A stretch of 63,473 nucleotides of DNA, filler included, from Octopus bimaculoides (taxonomy: Eukaryota): the NCBI RefSeq assembly GCF_001194135.2. It is 4 parts of 4 records of this genome, joined end to end, with 100 filler letters (N's around TTAATTAATTAA, not from the genome) between each part and the next. Parts side by side here need not be neighbours in the genome. Positions count along the whole stretch, not along the records: positions 60,596 to 63,473 come from NC_068992.1; 3 more parts are not named here. The stretch is one strand, 5' to 3'. The translations under genes and the position numbers were made by a program. Positions 62,651-63,473 of the stretch are shown one piece after another. A model generated the notes under the pieces. The model was not told the DNA's origin. It searched no databases and worked only from the letters and a program-made list of their open reading frames with translations. How positions within the stretch are numbered: the stretch's first letter is position 1; every line of letters starts with the position of its first letter.

Positions 62651-63473
62651 TCATCTTTGTATCATTTATCTGACTGGATGTTTTATTGCCGTCCGTTGCA
62701 TTCTTTTTCCATTTTTTTAAATTTACATATAGCAGCATACATATACTTTTTCTCACCTTGTAAAGTAAGTATGTATCTAAATTCTGTACGACTCTTTTAC
62801 TCTTTCTTTTAGTCCCCCTCATACCTACTTCTTTCTTTCCTCTTTTCTTTTTCTCATTCACCTTCTCTCACATTTCTTGGCCTTCCCTTTCTTTAATCTC
62901 CCTACTTTCCCTTCTCGTTTATCTCCCATGTACTTTTCTCTCTGTCCCTTTGATTTCCTCTCTTTCTCATTCTTCCCCTTACCTCTCTTCTTTCCTGTCG
63001 CATGACCATTGTTCAGCCAAGTGTAATCTTTCTTTCTTTGCTCAACTGCCGGCCATGAAGCAGCATCTCTTATATTCCTGTCTCATGACTTTCATTTCTT
63101 ATGTTCATTTCCTATGTTCCTGCCTCAAGGCGTTCACTCTACACACGCCAACTCAACTTGATTTGTTTTTATTGGTTGAAAGACACCTGTTGTTATTTTC
63201 TTGTTGTTGTATTTGTAATTGTGTAACATTCTCTCCGTATTTTTGTCTTTGCTGTTGTACACATTCGCTTGCTTTCTCCCAAAAAATTTAATGCTCTTAG
63301 CTTAGATTTTTGGGGCCAACCAGATTTGACAGTCTCAAGTGTAACTGGCTGAAACTGTAAGGATAATCTGGAAACTTAATTGATGAGAGAAGGCTGTGAA
63401 TAACCTGTTCTTGGTTTTTCCTGTCCGTTTCTTTTTTGTTGTTTTTCCTGTCCACCTTTGTATCATCTATCTG

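Noticed and set aside
23-63291. Most long ORFs in the supplied track (poly-HT, YI, CV, LS, RE, M/D/E and X-rich)
   Set aside because: They are translations of di-, tri- and tetranucleotide microsatellites or N gaps, which lack stop codons by construction.

Overview
This is AT-rich eukaryotic genomic DNA, very rich in microsatellites and containing many N gaps. It is most likely a coleoid cephalopod such as Octopus; that is an inference from the SINE families and repeat density, not a database match. Three artificial 100-bp linkers (44N-TTAATTAATTAA-44N) show that the window is at least four joined scaffolds. I found no intact host gene I can name and no prokaryotic features. Nearly all long ORFs in the track are microsatellite or gap artefacts. 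The window contains: (i) a decayed, intronless phosphoglycerate kinase (PGK) retropseudogene at ~28.36-28.92 kb; (ii) relics of several retroelement groups, namely R4/Dong-like elements with a restriction-like endonuclease (RLE), RTE, CR1, Tx1/L1 and Penelope; (iii) three or more tRNA-derived SINE families, one copy full-length with a perfect 14-bp target-site duplication (TSD); (iv) DNA-transposon derivatives (Tigger-like and piggyBac-like MITEs, a long foldback, a Helitron 3' end); and (v) 14-bp and ~149-bp tandem repeats. Two patterns stand out. Different non-LTR lineages appear to sit in different microsatellites: R4/Dong in (TAA)n, a second R4/Dong-like family in (TACA)n, and a GC-rich Tx1-like element in (TATC)n. 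A dispersed family also carries a hammerhead-ribozyme-like motif with the same non-canonical core change (A6 to U) in all three copies.
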